Origin: Candidatus Thalassarchaeaceae archaeon | GTDB taxonomy: Archaea > Thermoplasmatota > Poseidoniia > Poseidoniales > Thalassarchaeaceae | NCBI GenBank assembly: GCA_030747485.1 | Contig: JASLKP010000003.1 | Span: 20,309-84,308 of the forward strand | Length of the DNA: 64,000 nucleotides | Direction of reading: 5' to 3' | Part shown: positions 55,701-64,000 of the stretch, piece by piece | How the letters are laid out: every line of letters starts with the position of its first letter | Position numbering within the stretch: the stretch's first letter is position 1 | Notes under the pieces: generated by a model | Told to the model about the DNA's origin: nothing | Seen by the model: the letters and a program-made list of their open reading frames with translations, nothing else | Database searches by the model: none | Made by a program: the position numbers and the translations under genes

Positions 55701-57170
55701 ATGAGTGACCAACACGAACCAAGTACGTGCAGACGAATCCTACGTGAATCCCGAGAACATGGGCTTTCAATTCAACTCTTTAATCAGGCTCAAAAACTGC
55801 GTGAAGGCGTGTACCGCGCAGAGGCATTGTGCGGATTGTGTAGTTCATCCGAAATGATTGAGGAAGATCGGTTTGATTGGATTGACATTATTTTATCTGC
55901 AATGCTAGAAGAAGAACGCGCTTGGAGATTATCTGAGAGCATTGGAATAATTGCTAAATCAGTCGATCATTGGCCAAATGGTCGCTCTAAGAAGACCATG
56001 ATGGATGGATTGGTCAGTTTGGTTGGAGGTTTGCCAACAGGAAGTGAGAGATGCGAGGCAATCAAATCGATATCAAATCGAATTCGCCCGGTTCAACTAC
56101 CTGAATTATTGCTTCTAGCGATTGAAAATCAGGATATGGAAGCGAAGGCGGCCAAACCAGTGTTGAAAGCAATCGTATCGAATGGAAATCAGAAAATGAT
56201 TGAGGACATTGTTCCAATTTTGACTGAAGCCGAACCCGACTTAGCAGTAAAGTTCCTAGATCATTTACATCATATCACGATGAAGGAGAATGTTTCACTA
56301 AATCCATCTCCACTTCAATTGGCTCTACCACTCTTGGAATCTGCAGAGTTTGAAACCGTCAGAGCGATGTGTAATCATGCAACGGCACATGACGATATTG
56401 TAGCACTCGCTAATGTATTAGATGGCACGGATGAACGAGCGATTCGATTTGCAACCACATTAGCAGGAAGAGCGGATAGGGCAGGAGATGCTGTGATGGC
56501 TCGTGAATTACTTGAACACGCGGCCAAACATCTCGATTCACTAGATTCTAATGTAGCGATGAAAATCTCAAAGAATCTTGCAAAGGGGTTTGAGCGCCTA
56601 GGAGATACCGAACGCGCCAAGAACCTGATGCCTGAATTACCCAAACATACAGAGGTAGAACCATTGCCCAACCCCACAACAATTCAACGTGGACATACGA
56701 TGGCATTGGTTGGGACATACGACGGAGGAATCGGGACACCGCACCTACGTGCACTCGCCCGGGCCTCTGGAATTGCATGGGGATTTGGACTGGATATTGC
56801 TCTCGTTGATTGGGCAACTGATGATTTATCGAATCTTTGTGAACGTACCCGTAAGGAATCTGGAACGGCGGGGGTTGATCACCTACCTCAATTATTAGAA
56901 GAAAATCGAATCAAATTGCTAACCGTGGACGAAGTGTTACAAGGAGTGGTTGGACACCCCATTGCAACCACAAATAAGCCAGTAGGGGGTTCTGTTGAAC
57001 TATCCGAATTTGATGGTGGACTCTGTCTACTGATTGGCTTGGGTCGTCAGGGGTTGCCGAAAGGTATCCTAGCCAAATGTAAGGATCATTTTGAATTGAC
57101 TGGTATTGGTGCTTCACTGGAAACCGCAGTTGCGATGGGCGCAATTGCACAGCGGTTGACAGACCTGTAA
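55701..57170 (+). CDS. Helical-repeat protein with C-terminal SPOUT-like (DUF531-like) domain
   Basis: The N-terminal ~320 aa are alpha-helical repeats. The C-terminal ~160 aa (HTMALVGTYDGG...LCLLIGLGRQGLPKGILAKCKDHFELTGIGASLETAVAMGAIAQRL) resemble the knot region of SPOUT methyltransferase-like archaeal proteins. The start lies 2 nt after the upstream stop and has a GGTGA SD. Confidence 0.6.
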   Translation: MSDQHEPSTCRRILRESREHGLSIQLFNQAQKLREGVYRAEALCGLCSSSEMIEEDRFDWIDIILSAMLEEERAWRLSESIGIIAKSVDHWPNGRSKKTMMDGLVSLVGGLPTGSERCEAIKSISNRIRPVQLPELLLLAIENQDMEAKAAKPVLKAIVSNGNQKMIEDIVPILTEAEPDLAVKFLDHLHHITMKENVSLNPSPLQLALPLLESAEFETVRAMCNHATAHDDIVALANVLDGTDERAIRFATTLAGRADRAGDAVMARELLEHAAKHLDSLDSNVAMKISKNLAKGFERLGDTERAKNLMPELPKHTEVEPLPNPTTIQRGHTMALVGTYDGGIGTPHLRALARASGIAWGFGLDIALVDWATDDLSNLCERTRKESGTAGVDHLPQLLEENRIKLLTVDEVLQGVVGHPIATTNKPVGGSVELSEFDGGLCLLIGLGRQGLPKGILAKCKDHFELTGIGASLETAVAMGAIAQRLTDL

Positions 57171-58163
57171 TCAGCGACGATTGGTCCAGGGCATGAAGAT
57201 TGAACGGACGATGTGTGTTGCGACATCTGGATTTTCATCCAATCGTCGCATGCTATACTCATACCATCTTTCTCCATATGGAATATACACCCTTGTTCGG
57301 TGCCCACTCTTGGCCAATTTACGACGTATGTTTCCACGGACACCCAACAACATCTGAAACTCATATCCAGGACCTTTGCCTCGCATGGGTGATTGTGCAT
57401 TTTCACGAGGATCAGGTAACCCTGGACCCATTGCATGAGAATCTAGAGCCGCCAATGTATGTTCGATGACTGGGAGGTCGTGGGAAGCAATTGCAGCATA
57501 TGCACCGCGTTCAAGCATTATGTCGATGTGTCCATTCATCGCATCAACGATTGGTTGATATTCAGTTTCTGATATGTTTGCTGATTCAAGATACACACCT
57601 TTGCAAATTCGAAAATCCGCCGCACCACCAAGTTGATCGCAAATTGAATTGATGTCATCGCTGGTACGGAACAAACGAGATTGCAATACTGTTCCAATAT
57701 TTCTGAAGCCTTTTTCATGCATATGTAAAATGATGTCAATGGTTGATTGAGTAACCCGATGATCCTCCATATCTAATCGCACATAAATTTCATTTCTTTG
57801 TGCATTTTGTAGTAATCTTTCGATATTCTCGTAGGCCTTTTTTTGATCGATTAACAGGCCTAAAGCTGTAGGTTTGATACTGAGTGTGGCATCCAAATCA
57901 TTGTCAATAATTGCATCTAAAACACGATTGTATTCGTCGATGAAGAATTGTGCCTCATCAAGAGTTGTAATTTCTTCACCCAGTACATCGACTGTGAAGC
58001 AGGCACCCTCTCCAGACAATTTTTTCATCACCTTAACGGCACTCTCGATATCCTTCCCGGCAACATATCTGCGACTGACGCCTGCAACGAAGAATCTGGG
58101 CATACGCTTTGTGATTCGTACCATCAAGCGTCCGAACATGCCCACTTCTGAACCCCCCGTCAT
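57171..58163 (-). CDS. Proline dehydrogenase family protein
   Basis: TIM-barrel PRODH cues are RRYVAGKDIESAV, VRLDMEDH, and the C-terminal YIPYGERWYEYSMRRLDENP (matching the vP.G..w..Y..RR..EnP signature). Confidence 0.85.
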   Translation of the reverse strand: MTGGSEVGMFGRLMVRITKRMPRFFVAGVSRRYVAGKDIESAVKVMKKLSGEGACFTVDVLGEEITTLDEAQFFIDEYNRVLDAIIDNDLDATLSIKPTALGLLIDQKKAYENIERLLQNAQRNEIYVRLDMEDHRVTQSTIDIILHMHEKGFRNIGTVLQSRLFRTSDDINSICDQLGGAADFRICKGVYLESANISETEYQPIVDAMNGHIDIMLERGAYAAIASHDLPVIEHTLAALDSHAMGPGLPDPRENAQSPMRGKGPGYEFQMLLGVRGNIRRKLAKSGHRTRVYIPYGERWYEYSMRRLDENPDVATHIVRSIFMPWTNRR

Positions 58164-58207
58164 AGTGGCAATCGGTCTGACGCTCTTTCACAATTGCTCA
58201 AACAACA

Positions 58208-59212
58208 TCAGATAATATCGTGCGCGAATGAAGTCCATTCACCACGATTATCTAGCACGATAAACCCGTATTCAGGGTGTTGTAACAAATGTAAACCAAT
58301 CTCAAGACGAGGGTGGCTCATCAAACCACCCTCATCCCAAATCAAATCCTCACGCCAACCGGTCATTAACCAACGACCCTCGTGACATTGTGCGTCATTG
58401 ACTGGTCCATTCGTGTTCAAAATTTCAATCGAATTTTTGTCTGGAGACCATTTTGCCACAGTCTCATGACTTAGTGAAAATAGGCACTCATGATTAGCAA
58501 ACCAAACACGTTCTACTTTAGCACCCAAACGAATCACACCTTTGCGCAGAATATCTCCGGTCCCACCATCCAATTCGGCCCAACCACCACCGATTGAGAA
58601 TGCCCAAACTGAGTTTTCTACTGCCAACAGTTGTACAACAATATCTCCATCAATTAAATCTTCAATACCCTTCCAATGCAATTCCTTACGTCTCCAGATA
58701 TCATTAGACGCAGCATCAACACGGTAGATGCCACGATTCAGTGTGCAAAAAACGAGGTCCCCCTGATATTCACATATTGCTAGAGGCTCTGAATCGAGTA
58801 CATGTGACCAAATCGCGCCTTTGACGTGTTGTGAATCTAATCTATGTGAATCTTTAGCGATTCTTAGAGATGGTAAATCGGGACCATCCTCCAATGGTTG
58901 TCGTAAATCAAGTACTGCCATTCTAGCAATTCCAATCTCTCGTTCAACCCATGTTGCTGCCAAATGATGTTCTCCAAGCATTGTCGCTTTCGTGATGTCA
59001 CCTGAAAATGGCGTCTTTGGTGGGTCAATTTCGATCATTCTTCTCATGTGGAGAAGTGAAATTTCACCCTCGGTCCCAATCATCACAAGACGATGTTGAG
59101 ATTCCAAGGCCTGCTGCGGCGACAGGTTAGTCGGTGGCAACTCCATGGGCGTCTCCAGACCGAGGTCAGGTAGGGACCACATGAAGGAATGGGCGGCCAA
59201 GGCTGAATACAA
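58208..59212 (-). CDS. Hypothetical protein, beta-propeller-like (PQQ/WD-like repeats)
   Basis: 334 aa with recurrent strands such as GDLVFCTLNRGIYRVDAASNDIWRR and SVWAFSIGGGWAELDGGTGDILRK. No signal peptide. The family is uncertain. Confidence 0.6.
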   Translation of the reverse strand: MYSALAAHSFMWSLPDLGLETPMELPPTNLSPQQALESQHRLVMIGTEGEISLLHMRRMIEIDPPKTPFSGDITKATMLGEHHLAATWVEREIGIARMAVLDLRQPLEDGPDLPSLRIAKDSHRLDSQHVKGAIWSHVLDSEPLAICEYQGDLVFCTLNRGIYRVDAASNDIWRRKELHWKGIEDLIDGDIVVQLLAVENSVWAFSIGGGWAELDGGTGDILRKGVIRLGAKVERVWFANHECLFSLSHETVAKWSPDKNSIEILNTNGPVNDAQCHEGRWLMTGWREDLIWDEGGLMSHPRLEIGLHLLQHPEYGFIVLDNRGEWTSFAHDII

Positions 59213-59232
59213 CGAACTGGTTCCGGCGAAAT

Positions 59233-60219
59233 ATGACGACCCTACTCATTGTATCTGATGCAGACATCGCATCTACGATTCAAGGGGACGCACTCCTCAA
59301 TCGTGGAGAGTGGGTGTCAAAAGGAATGTTCGAAGACGCTGAGATATTTGCCCATAATGTAGCAGATGTACACATGTGGTGGCTTCCAGGACGCGTTTTA
59401 TTTGAAGACCAATTAGATCTTCGATTTGAACAGAGTTATGGAATAAAACCTGAGGAAGTCATTTTCCTATCTCGACATTTTGCAGCATCGGGACAACCGT
59501 CACTAACATTGCATGTCATTGGCGTCCCTGGTGAGTCACCCCATGGCGAAATTGCTGAATTTGGTGGAGTCAAGGGAATGGTGGTGCCTCCAAATCCTCG
59601 ATTCGCAGCATGGTTCAGACTGATGTGTGATGCTGGAATATCCCATGGACTAACGCCAGAATTTGAGCTGACGATTGAAACAACGCATCATGGTCCAATT
59701 CTAACAACTCCAACCATGTTCATTGAAATTGGTTCATCAGAATCCCATTGGAATAGAAAGGATGCTGCTGAAGCCTGGGCGGATGTCATGACCATAGGTT
59801 TAGGTTTAGATTCTCAAACATACAATGCCGAACAGACTGGTGATTGGTGGTCGCTTGATGAACGACAACGTCAATCGGCCAAAGTAATGATTGGGGTCGG
59901 AGGGGGGCACTATGCTCCAAGGCACACAGATGTACTGAGAAAAACTTCATGCTGGGCAGGTCATCAACTTGCAAATTATGCACTAGAAATGGAGAGACCT
60001 GAAAGAGACGATTGGGATCCGGATACCGATGAATTACCAGCAGGCGGATGGGCACACGCCATTAGAATTGCAGTCGAAAGTACTCGCAGTGTTTTTCATG
60101 ATGGTCAAATTATGGCACATTTAGACAGAAAATCGTTCAAAGGGTGGCAGAGACGAGTCATCAAGAGATTACTCTCTGAACTTGAAATTCCCGTTGGAAG
60201 AACAGTAGATTTTGAATGA
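59233..60219 (+). CDS. dtdA: D-aminoacyl-tRNA deacylase, archaeal type (DTD2)
   Basis: Signature regions LSRHFAASGQPSLTLHVIG, ETTHHGP and FIEIGSSESHWNRKDAA. Confidence 0.85.
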   Translation: MTTLLIVSDADIASTIQGDALLNRGEWVSKGMFEDAEIFAHNVADVHMWWLPGRVLFEDQLDLRFEQSYGIKPEEVIFLSRHFAASGQPSLTLHVIGVPGESPHGEIAEFGGVKGMVVPPNPRFAAWFRLMCDAGISHGLTPEFELTIETTHHGPILTTPTMFIEIGSSESHWNRKDAAEAWADVMTIGLGLDSQTYNAEQTGDWWSLDERQRQSAKVMIGVGGGHYAPRHTDVLRKTSCWAGHQLANYALEMERPERDDWDPDTDELPAGGWAHAIRIAVESTRSVFHDGQIMAHLDRKSFKGWQRRVIKRLLSELEIPVGRTVDFE

Positions 60220-60221
60220 AA

Positions 60222-60392
60222 TCATTCGTTTTTCTCACTGTGCCCGCAGCGACCACAATGCTTGCGATCTCCATGAATTGCAAGGAAAACGCCGTCTCCA
60301 CACTTGGGACAGAATTCTTGCTTGCGGACTAATTTACCATCCTCAACGGCGTACTTCGACCACTTGGCTGCAGCATTGGGTCCATCTCCCAT
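60222..60392 (-). CDS. rps27ae: 30S ribosomal protein S27ae (eS31)
   Basis: Below the ORF-track size cutoff. The hand translation is [56 protein letters not shown], with the CPxCG...CGxCG zinc ribbon typical of S27ae. Its ATG overlaps the S24e stop (TAATG). Confidence 0.85.
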   Translation of the reverse strand: MGDGPNAAAKWSKYAVEDGKLVRKQEFCPKCGDGVFLAIHGDRKHCGRCGHSEKNE

Positions 60393-60760
60393 TACTCCTC
60401 ACCTCCAGCAATCTCAACTTCTTCTGCAGTGGGCTCTTCTGATTCAGCAGGGGCCGCTGGTGCTTGTTCAACATCATCAGTTCCGACTGCATGTCGTTCA
60501 AGAATGTATTTTGGTTCTTTTTCCAATGATTCCTGATCACCATAAACAAAAGCAGAACCAGAGGTCAATGGTTGACCAAATCTAGTGTCTACGGATTTGA
60601 TAATGATGCGATCCTTGGTTGCACCAGGTTCCATCTTAGCCAATGCTTCAATGATTTTAGCACGTGTAGGCGTAGGTTCTCCAGTGTGTCGCCATTGCCA
60701 AGACAATTCAATACGATTCAAAATTGGGTTCTCTTTTCGTTCGGTAATTTCCACATTCAT
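60392..60760 (-). CDS. rps24e: 30S ribosomal protein S24e (eS24) with acidic C-terminal tail
   Basis: [33 protein letters not shown] matches the S24e N-terminus. ATG 60760 is chosen by homology. The track start 60778 would overlap spt4 by 11 nt. Confidence 0.9.
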   Translation of the reverse strand: MNVEITERKENPILNRIELSWQWRHTGEPTPTRAKIIEALAKMEPGATKDRIIIKSVDTRFGQPLTSGSAFVYGDQESLEKEPKYILERHAVGTDDVEQAPAAPAESEEPTAEEVEIAGGEE

Positions 60761-60767
60761 CCCTCCA

Positions 60768-61142
60768 TCAACGTACATTTACCTTCAAGGCATAATTGCC
60801 AGGAGTGTCAATTCCTAAAGCACGAGCCACCTCACTGCGAGCTGGATTTAGTACAATAGTGAATCCTTGCCAATCGTGACTGAGAATCGAATTTGGACAG
60901 GTTGGGCATTTTAACACAGGAGGTTTGACCTTCTCCATGTCATCTTTGTGCTCCTTCATCCATGCCTTACGTTCTGCATCAGTAGGGTCTTTTCCATGTT
61001 GACTGGCAAAAGCCACATCGACAAGCGCCTTCTTAGTCTTGGACCGGATATCATTGTTTGATTTGAGCCACCATCCAAGATTACCTTTCGGTGCCTCAAC
61101 AATTTGATGGCATTCAGCGCATGCAAAGTCTTGTTCTACCAT
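60768..61142 (-). CDS. spt4: Transcription elongation factor Spt4 / RNAP subunit E-double-prime, with a ~67-aa insertion inside the zinc ribbon
   Basis: The C-terminal half CPTCPNSILSHDWQGFTIVLNPARSEVARALGIDTPGNYALKV matches canonical Spt4. The first Cys pair (CAEC) lies 67 residues upstream. ATG 61142 is preceded by AGGAGG. Its position between rpoE-prime and rps24e is the conserved archaeal arrangement. Confidence 0.8.
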   Translation of the reverse strand: MVEQDFACAECHQIVEAPKGNLGWWLKSNNDIRSKTKKALVDVAFASQHGKDPTDAERKAWMKEHKDDMEKVKPPVLKCPTCPNSILSHDWQGFTIVLNPARSEVARALGIDTPGNYALKVNVR

Positions 61143-61147
61143 GTGAA

Positions 61148-61702
61148 TCAATCCTCCTTATCACCATCTAGCCAATCGTGTGCACCCAATGATGGTTGCT
61201 TGCAAGTTAATCCAATTTTACTTGACCGAGGATCGTGGGGGTTCAGTGACAATGACACAATACGGGCACGGACCGGTGTACCTTCAGCCAAATGCTTTCC
61301 AGACTGTCTGCCCTCAATTCGGCGCAGGCCAATGTTGATATCTATCTGTTCGTCCAGAATCTGACTCTTGTGTAAAAGGGCCTCCATAGGACCAATTCGT
61401 ACGAATGCACCGAATTCATGCACTTCACTCACTGCACCATCTACAACTTCATTCTGTTCCATTGAGAACAGGAGTGCCTTGAATCGGACCTTCTGATAGA
61501 TTGCACCATCTCCATGAATGATGCGCCCTCTGCCTTCCAATTCGTGATTAAAGGTGAGAAGGATATAGTTTCCATCATCATCAAATCGACCTTCAAACGC
61601 GTCGTGAGCCAAACGGTCAACGTGCTCAGATAGCGACTTACCTTTCTCGATATATTCCGCTGGGATGCGGATCGTGTCCTCAACTTGTTTCAGACTGTAC
61701 AT
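61148..61702 (-). CDS. rpoE1: DNA-directed RNA polymerase subunit E-prime (Rpo7)
   Basis: MYSLKQVEDTIRIPAEYI start and an S1 domain (VVDGAVSEVHEFGAFVRIGPMEALLHKSQI). GGAGG SD lies 8 nt upstream. Confidence 0.9.
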   Translation of the reverse strand: MYSLKQVEDTIRIPAEYIEKGKSLSEHVDRLAHDAFEGRFDDDGNYILLTFNHELEGRGRIIHGDGAIYQKVRFKALLFSMEQNEVVDGAVSEVHEFGAFVRIGPMEALLHKSQILDEQIDINIGLRRIEGRQSGKHLAEGTPVRARIVSLSLNPHDPRSSKIGLTCKQPSLGAHDWLDGDKED

Positions 61703-61953
61703 TTTGTTGCCTCCTAGGATTTACTCTCTTGAGGAAGTGGCATCCAGAGACGGAAGGCCCGCAAGCCCCCCGTCCCTCATCGGCTGCCGCCTCCGGAGGA
61801 GAGGTCGTCCAAGACATCTCGCCGACCGAAGACCCCTCTATGAACGCTTCGCCAACTATTGAATTCGGGAAAACTCGTTCTGGGTCACTATGTGACCCAT
61901 AAACACCCCTTTCACACGAACGTTCAAGAGGCGTTCGGAGTAGAACTATACTA

Positions 61954-64000
61954 ATGGCGAGCGGAACCCTTTCCCAGCGTCGTGTTTCACTCATCATTTT
62001 CGGAGTTGTTGCTCTACTGATTGGACAAACATTCTCTCCAGTACTTTTTGACGAATCAGCAGTCACTTCACAAACTGATGGTCGCAATGGTACAATTTGG
62101 ATAGATGGAGGTCAAGCATGGCCTCAATTTGGACGAACTCCCGGCCATGAATCTGTAGTTCCACCGCATGCACCACCCAATGAAGTTGAGGCGGGAGAAT
62201 TTGTGAGTATTACCGACCCTGTGCTGAATTGGAGACACTTTCCATCAAATGATTACGGCGTAGATAGCTTGGGCGTCCCCATCGGAGATTTCAGATCCAA
62301 TATAGACACTGGAGGTATGGCATTGGATTCATGTGCCTCAAACAGTTTGTCACCTATTTTCATCCATCAAAAAACCGTGGGGGGTACTGAGCATGTATTC
62401 CTTCGAATCATTGATGGAGATACTAGTCAGTTAATGTGGGAAGTTGACATTGGGGCACTAGATGGATTTGCCAAGGCAACCCCCATTATCGTGGACATCG
62501 AAGATGATGGGGTCCTAGAAGTACTGGTTGCTTACGATGTGAATGCACAAGCCACTGTAGAATTGTGGTCCCCAGATATCGAATGTGATGTCACTGGCTG
62601 GAAACCTGGTGGAAGTCACGAAACTGAACGATTATGGAGATGGACACATGACACATTCCAATTTGCAGCAGATACCACTTGCAATACATGTAACCATCCA
62701 CCTGTGGCACAGCCATTGATTGCAGATTTACAATTGGATGGATCCCCAGAATTAGTTCTAGCACTATTAGATGATTTGAATAATGAACCCAATGTGGTCG
62801 CACTACCATTGCCAAGTTCAGGAACACCTTCGCCAATGTGGGAAGTCACATTGGACAAAGGCACTCATCCATCCGATCCCGCATGGGTTGCAATAGATGC
62901 TGTTTCCTCAGTAGTACTCATCACAACCATTGATCACAACGACGGGAACATGTGGGTGTGGAGATTAGGAGCCACAAGTGGTTCACCTCAATGGAATGGA
63001 GCATCACTAGGAAATTTAGATGGCGATACAAATGTCCCTCACGTTCGCTTACCTGGGCCCATCATCACTCAACTTGATAGTGATCCGGCTCCAGAAATGA
63101 TTGTCACAATCCCTTCGGATTTGGGGGGTTCAACAACAGCAGATGGTGCTGAATTTGTTGGCTTGGAAGTGACTGATGCGAGCGAGGTATTCTCATTCTC
63201 AGTCATCAACGGCTATGCAGATGCTCCCCCAACAGCCATCGATACAGATGATGATGGAATCACTGACCGCGTATGTTGGAATACTTGGTACAGAGATGGT
63301 TGGTCCACCCACGGAATGGCTGGATGTCACAATATTGCCACACCTACGCCGATTGAAATTTGGCACCGAGAACTTGAGGGGTCATCTGGCACACCCAATG
63401 ATGAAATCGCAGTAGCAGCCCCAACTCCAATGAATATCGACGGGACTGGTGGACCTGAAATCCTAGTATCTTATGGGCGAACATTACACGCATTGGATGG
63501 AGAAGATGGTTCTGCTTCTTCAGTAAACAATGAGTGGGTTGGTGGAATCGATTTACCACACCGCACTTGGGCAGCCCATGCATTAGCTGACGTAGACGGA
63601 GATGGTGCGCTTGACTTATTGATTGGAGATATGCTAATTTCTCAAGCAGGGGCTGACGTTAGACCATTTGAGGATGGGCGTGCAATTACATTCAATCCAA
63701 GCACTCCGGACCCTAATGAATTGGTCACAGTAACTGGATATTTCGAAAATGCTGGTACAGCATCTACATCTGTTGACACATTTGCACGCATGTATGTAGA
63801 TGATGTATTGGTTCACACACATCGTGAAGGTATTCTAGACCCAGTTTCCCCTACTGGGAATGGCCAATTTGGTTCATTCACATTCGATTGGTCTGGAGGA
63901 TTGGGCAATCACACATTCTCACTGCGACTCGATGAACATGCAAATCTAACACAATCACGAACAGATAACGACAATTCAACGACTGTTTTGACAATTATTG
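61954..64000 (+). CDS. Large surface protein with FG-GAP/VCBS-type propeller repeats and a CARDB-like domain, N-terminal 682 codons (runs off the right edge)
   Basis: Absent from the ORF track because it has no in-window stop. Hand translation from ATG 61954 is open to 64000. The signal/anchor is RRVSLIIFGVVALLIGQTF. Repeats include IVDIEDDGVLEVLVAYD, IADLQLDGSPELVLAL, AIDTDDDGITD, NIDGTGGPEILVSYG and LADVDGDGALDLLIGD. The CARDB-like segment is ITFNPSTPDPNELVTVTGYFENAGTASTS. Confidence 0.8.
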   Translation, partial: MASGTLSQRRVSLIIFGVVALLIGQTFSPVLFDESAVTSQTDGRNGTIWIDGGQAWPQFGRTPGHESVVPPHAPPNEVEAGEFVSITDPVLNWRHFPSNDYGVDSLGVPIGDFRSNIDTGGMALDSCASNSLSPIFIHQKTVGGTEHVFLRIIDGDTSQLMWEVDIGALDGFAKATPIIVDIEDDGVLEVLVAYDVNAQATVELWSPDIECDVTGWKPGGSHETERLWRWTHDTFQFAADTTCNTCNHPPVAQPLIADLQLDGSPELVLALLDDLNNEPNVVALPLPSSGTPSPMWEVTLDKGTHPSDPAWVAIDAVSSVVLITTIDHNDGNMWVWRLGATSGSPQWNGASLGNLDGDTNVPHVRLPGPIITQLDSDPAPEMIVTIPSDLGGSTTADGAEFVGLEVTDASEVFSFSVINGYADAPPTAIDTDDDGITDRVCWNTWYRDGWSTHGMAGCHNIATPTPIEIWHRELEGSSGTPNDEIAVAAPTPMNIDGTGGPEILVSYGRTLHALDGEDGSASSVNNEWVGGIDLPHRTWAAHALADVDGDGALDLLIGDMLISQAGADVRPFEDGRAITFNPSTPDPNELVTVTGYFENAGTASTSVDTFARMYVDDVLVHTHREGILDPVSPTGNGQFGSFTFDWSGGLGNHTFSLRLDEHANLTQSRTDNDNSTTVLTII

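Noticed and set aside
61741-61860. Possible 5S rRNA on the minus strand (starts GGCGAAGCGUUCAUAG, similar to 5S 5-prime ends; about 120 nt; GC-rich)
   Set aside because: It lacks the conserved loop motifs (CCGAAC...GUUAAG region). The 5-prime and 3-prime ends do not pair into helix I. It is kept only as an unassigned structured element in the findings.
61680-62087. 135-aa minus-strand ORF spanning the rpoE-prime/FG-GAP intergenic region
   Set aside because: It overlaps the rpoE-prime start by 23 nt and the FG-GAP gene start on the opposite strand. Its composition is Arg/Ser/Pro-rich, typical of translated GC-rich non-coding DNA.
1-64000. Search for CRISPR arrays, transposases, integrases, prophage genes, toxin-antitoxin or known defence cassettes, and for long direct DNA repeats
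   Set aside because: None was seen. The tRNA pair at ~50.2-50.45 kb has no adjacent integrase or direct repeat of the tRNA 3-prime end. Protein-level repeats (TopA tail, TerB-like, EF-hand modules) are diverged at the DNA level.

Overview
All calls below were made by eye from the sequence and ORF track. No searches were run, so family names are motif-level recognitions.

The window reads as a compact archaeal chromosome segment. Archaeal markers include Rpo7/RpoE-prime, Spt4, ribosomal proteins S24e and S27ae, tRNA-splicing endonuclease EndA, archease, RtcB, archaeal-type AlaRS, DtdA, geranylgeranyl reductase and an SRP (7S) RNA. GC content is moderate, proteins are acidic, and GGAGG/GGTGA Shine-Dalgarno motifs are frequent. 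Very large surface proteins are abundant. By inference this fits a planktonic Thermoplasmatota lineage such as Marine Group II/III.

I support about 55 CDS, 2 tRNAs (Thr-GGU and Ser-GGA, divergent), 1 SRP RNA, and a few hairpin or terminator and promoter-like sites. Three real genes are missing from the ORF track:
- an open-ended minus-strand gene at 1..813
- an open-ended plus-strand FG-GAP/CARDB gene at 61954..64000
- a 56-aa S27ae gene at 60222..60392

Four large extracytoplasmic proteins cover roughly 15 kb, about a quarter of the window.

I see no CRISPR array, transposase, integrase, toxin-antitoxin pair or recognisable defence cassette. I cannot honestly point to a discrete novel multi-gene system. 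The most unusual observations are:
1. The 2342-aa surface protein has a predicted cytoplasmic tail with two canonical EF-hand loops and a terminal SAP/Rho-N-like motif. A 12-bp hairpin sequesters its SD.
2. Spt4 has a zinc ribbon split by a ~67-aa insertion.
3. A ~100-170 nt GC-rich structured segment lies upstream of the rpoE-prime/spt4/S24e/S27ae operon.
4. An orphan archaeal-type CcmE (CPSKY) is translationally coupled to pyrD.
5. A minus-strand operon joins a GCxCH beta-sandwich membrane protein, a TatC-like protein with a Cys-rich extension, and an M6 protease.
6. A GIDE-like membrane protein, a wHTH protein with three TerB-like repeats, and an array of GAAAC/GTTTC inverted repeats are also present.
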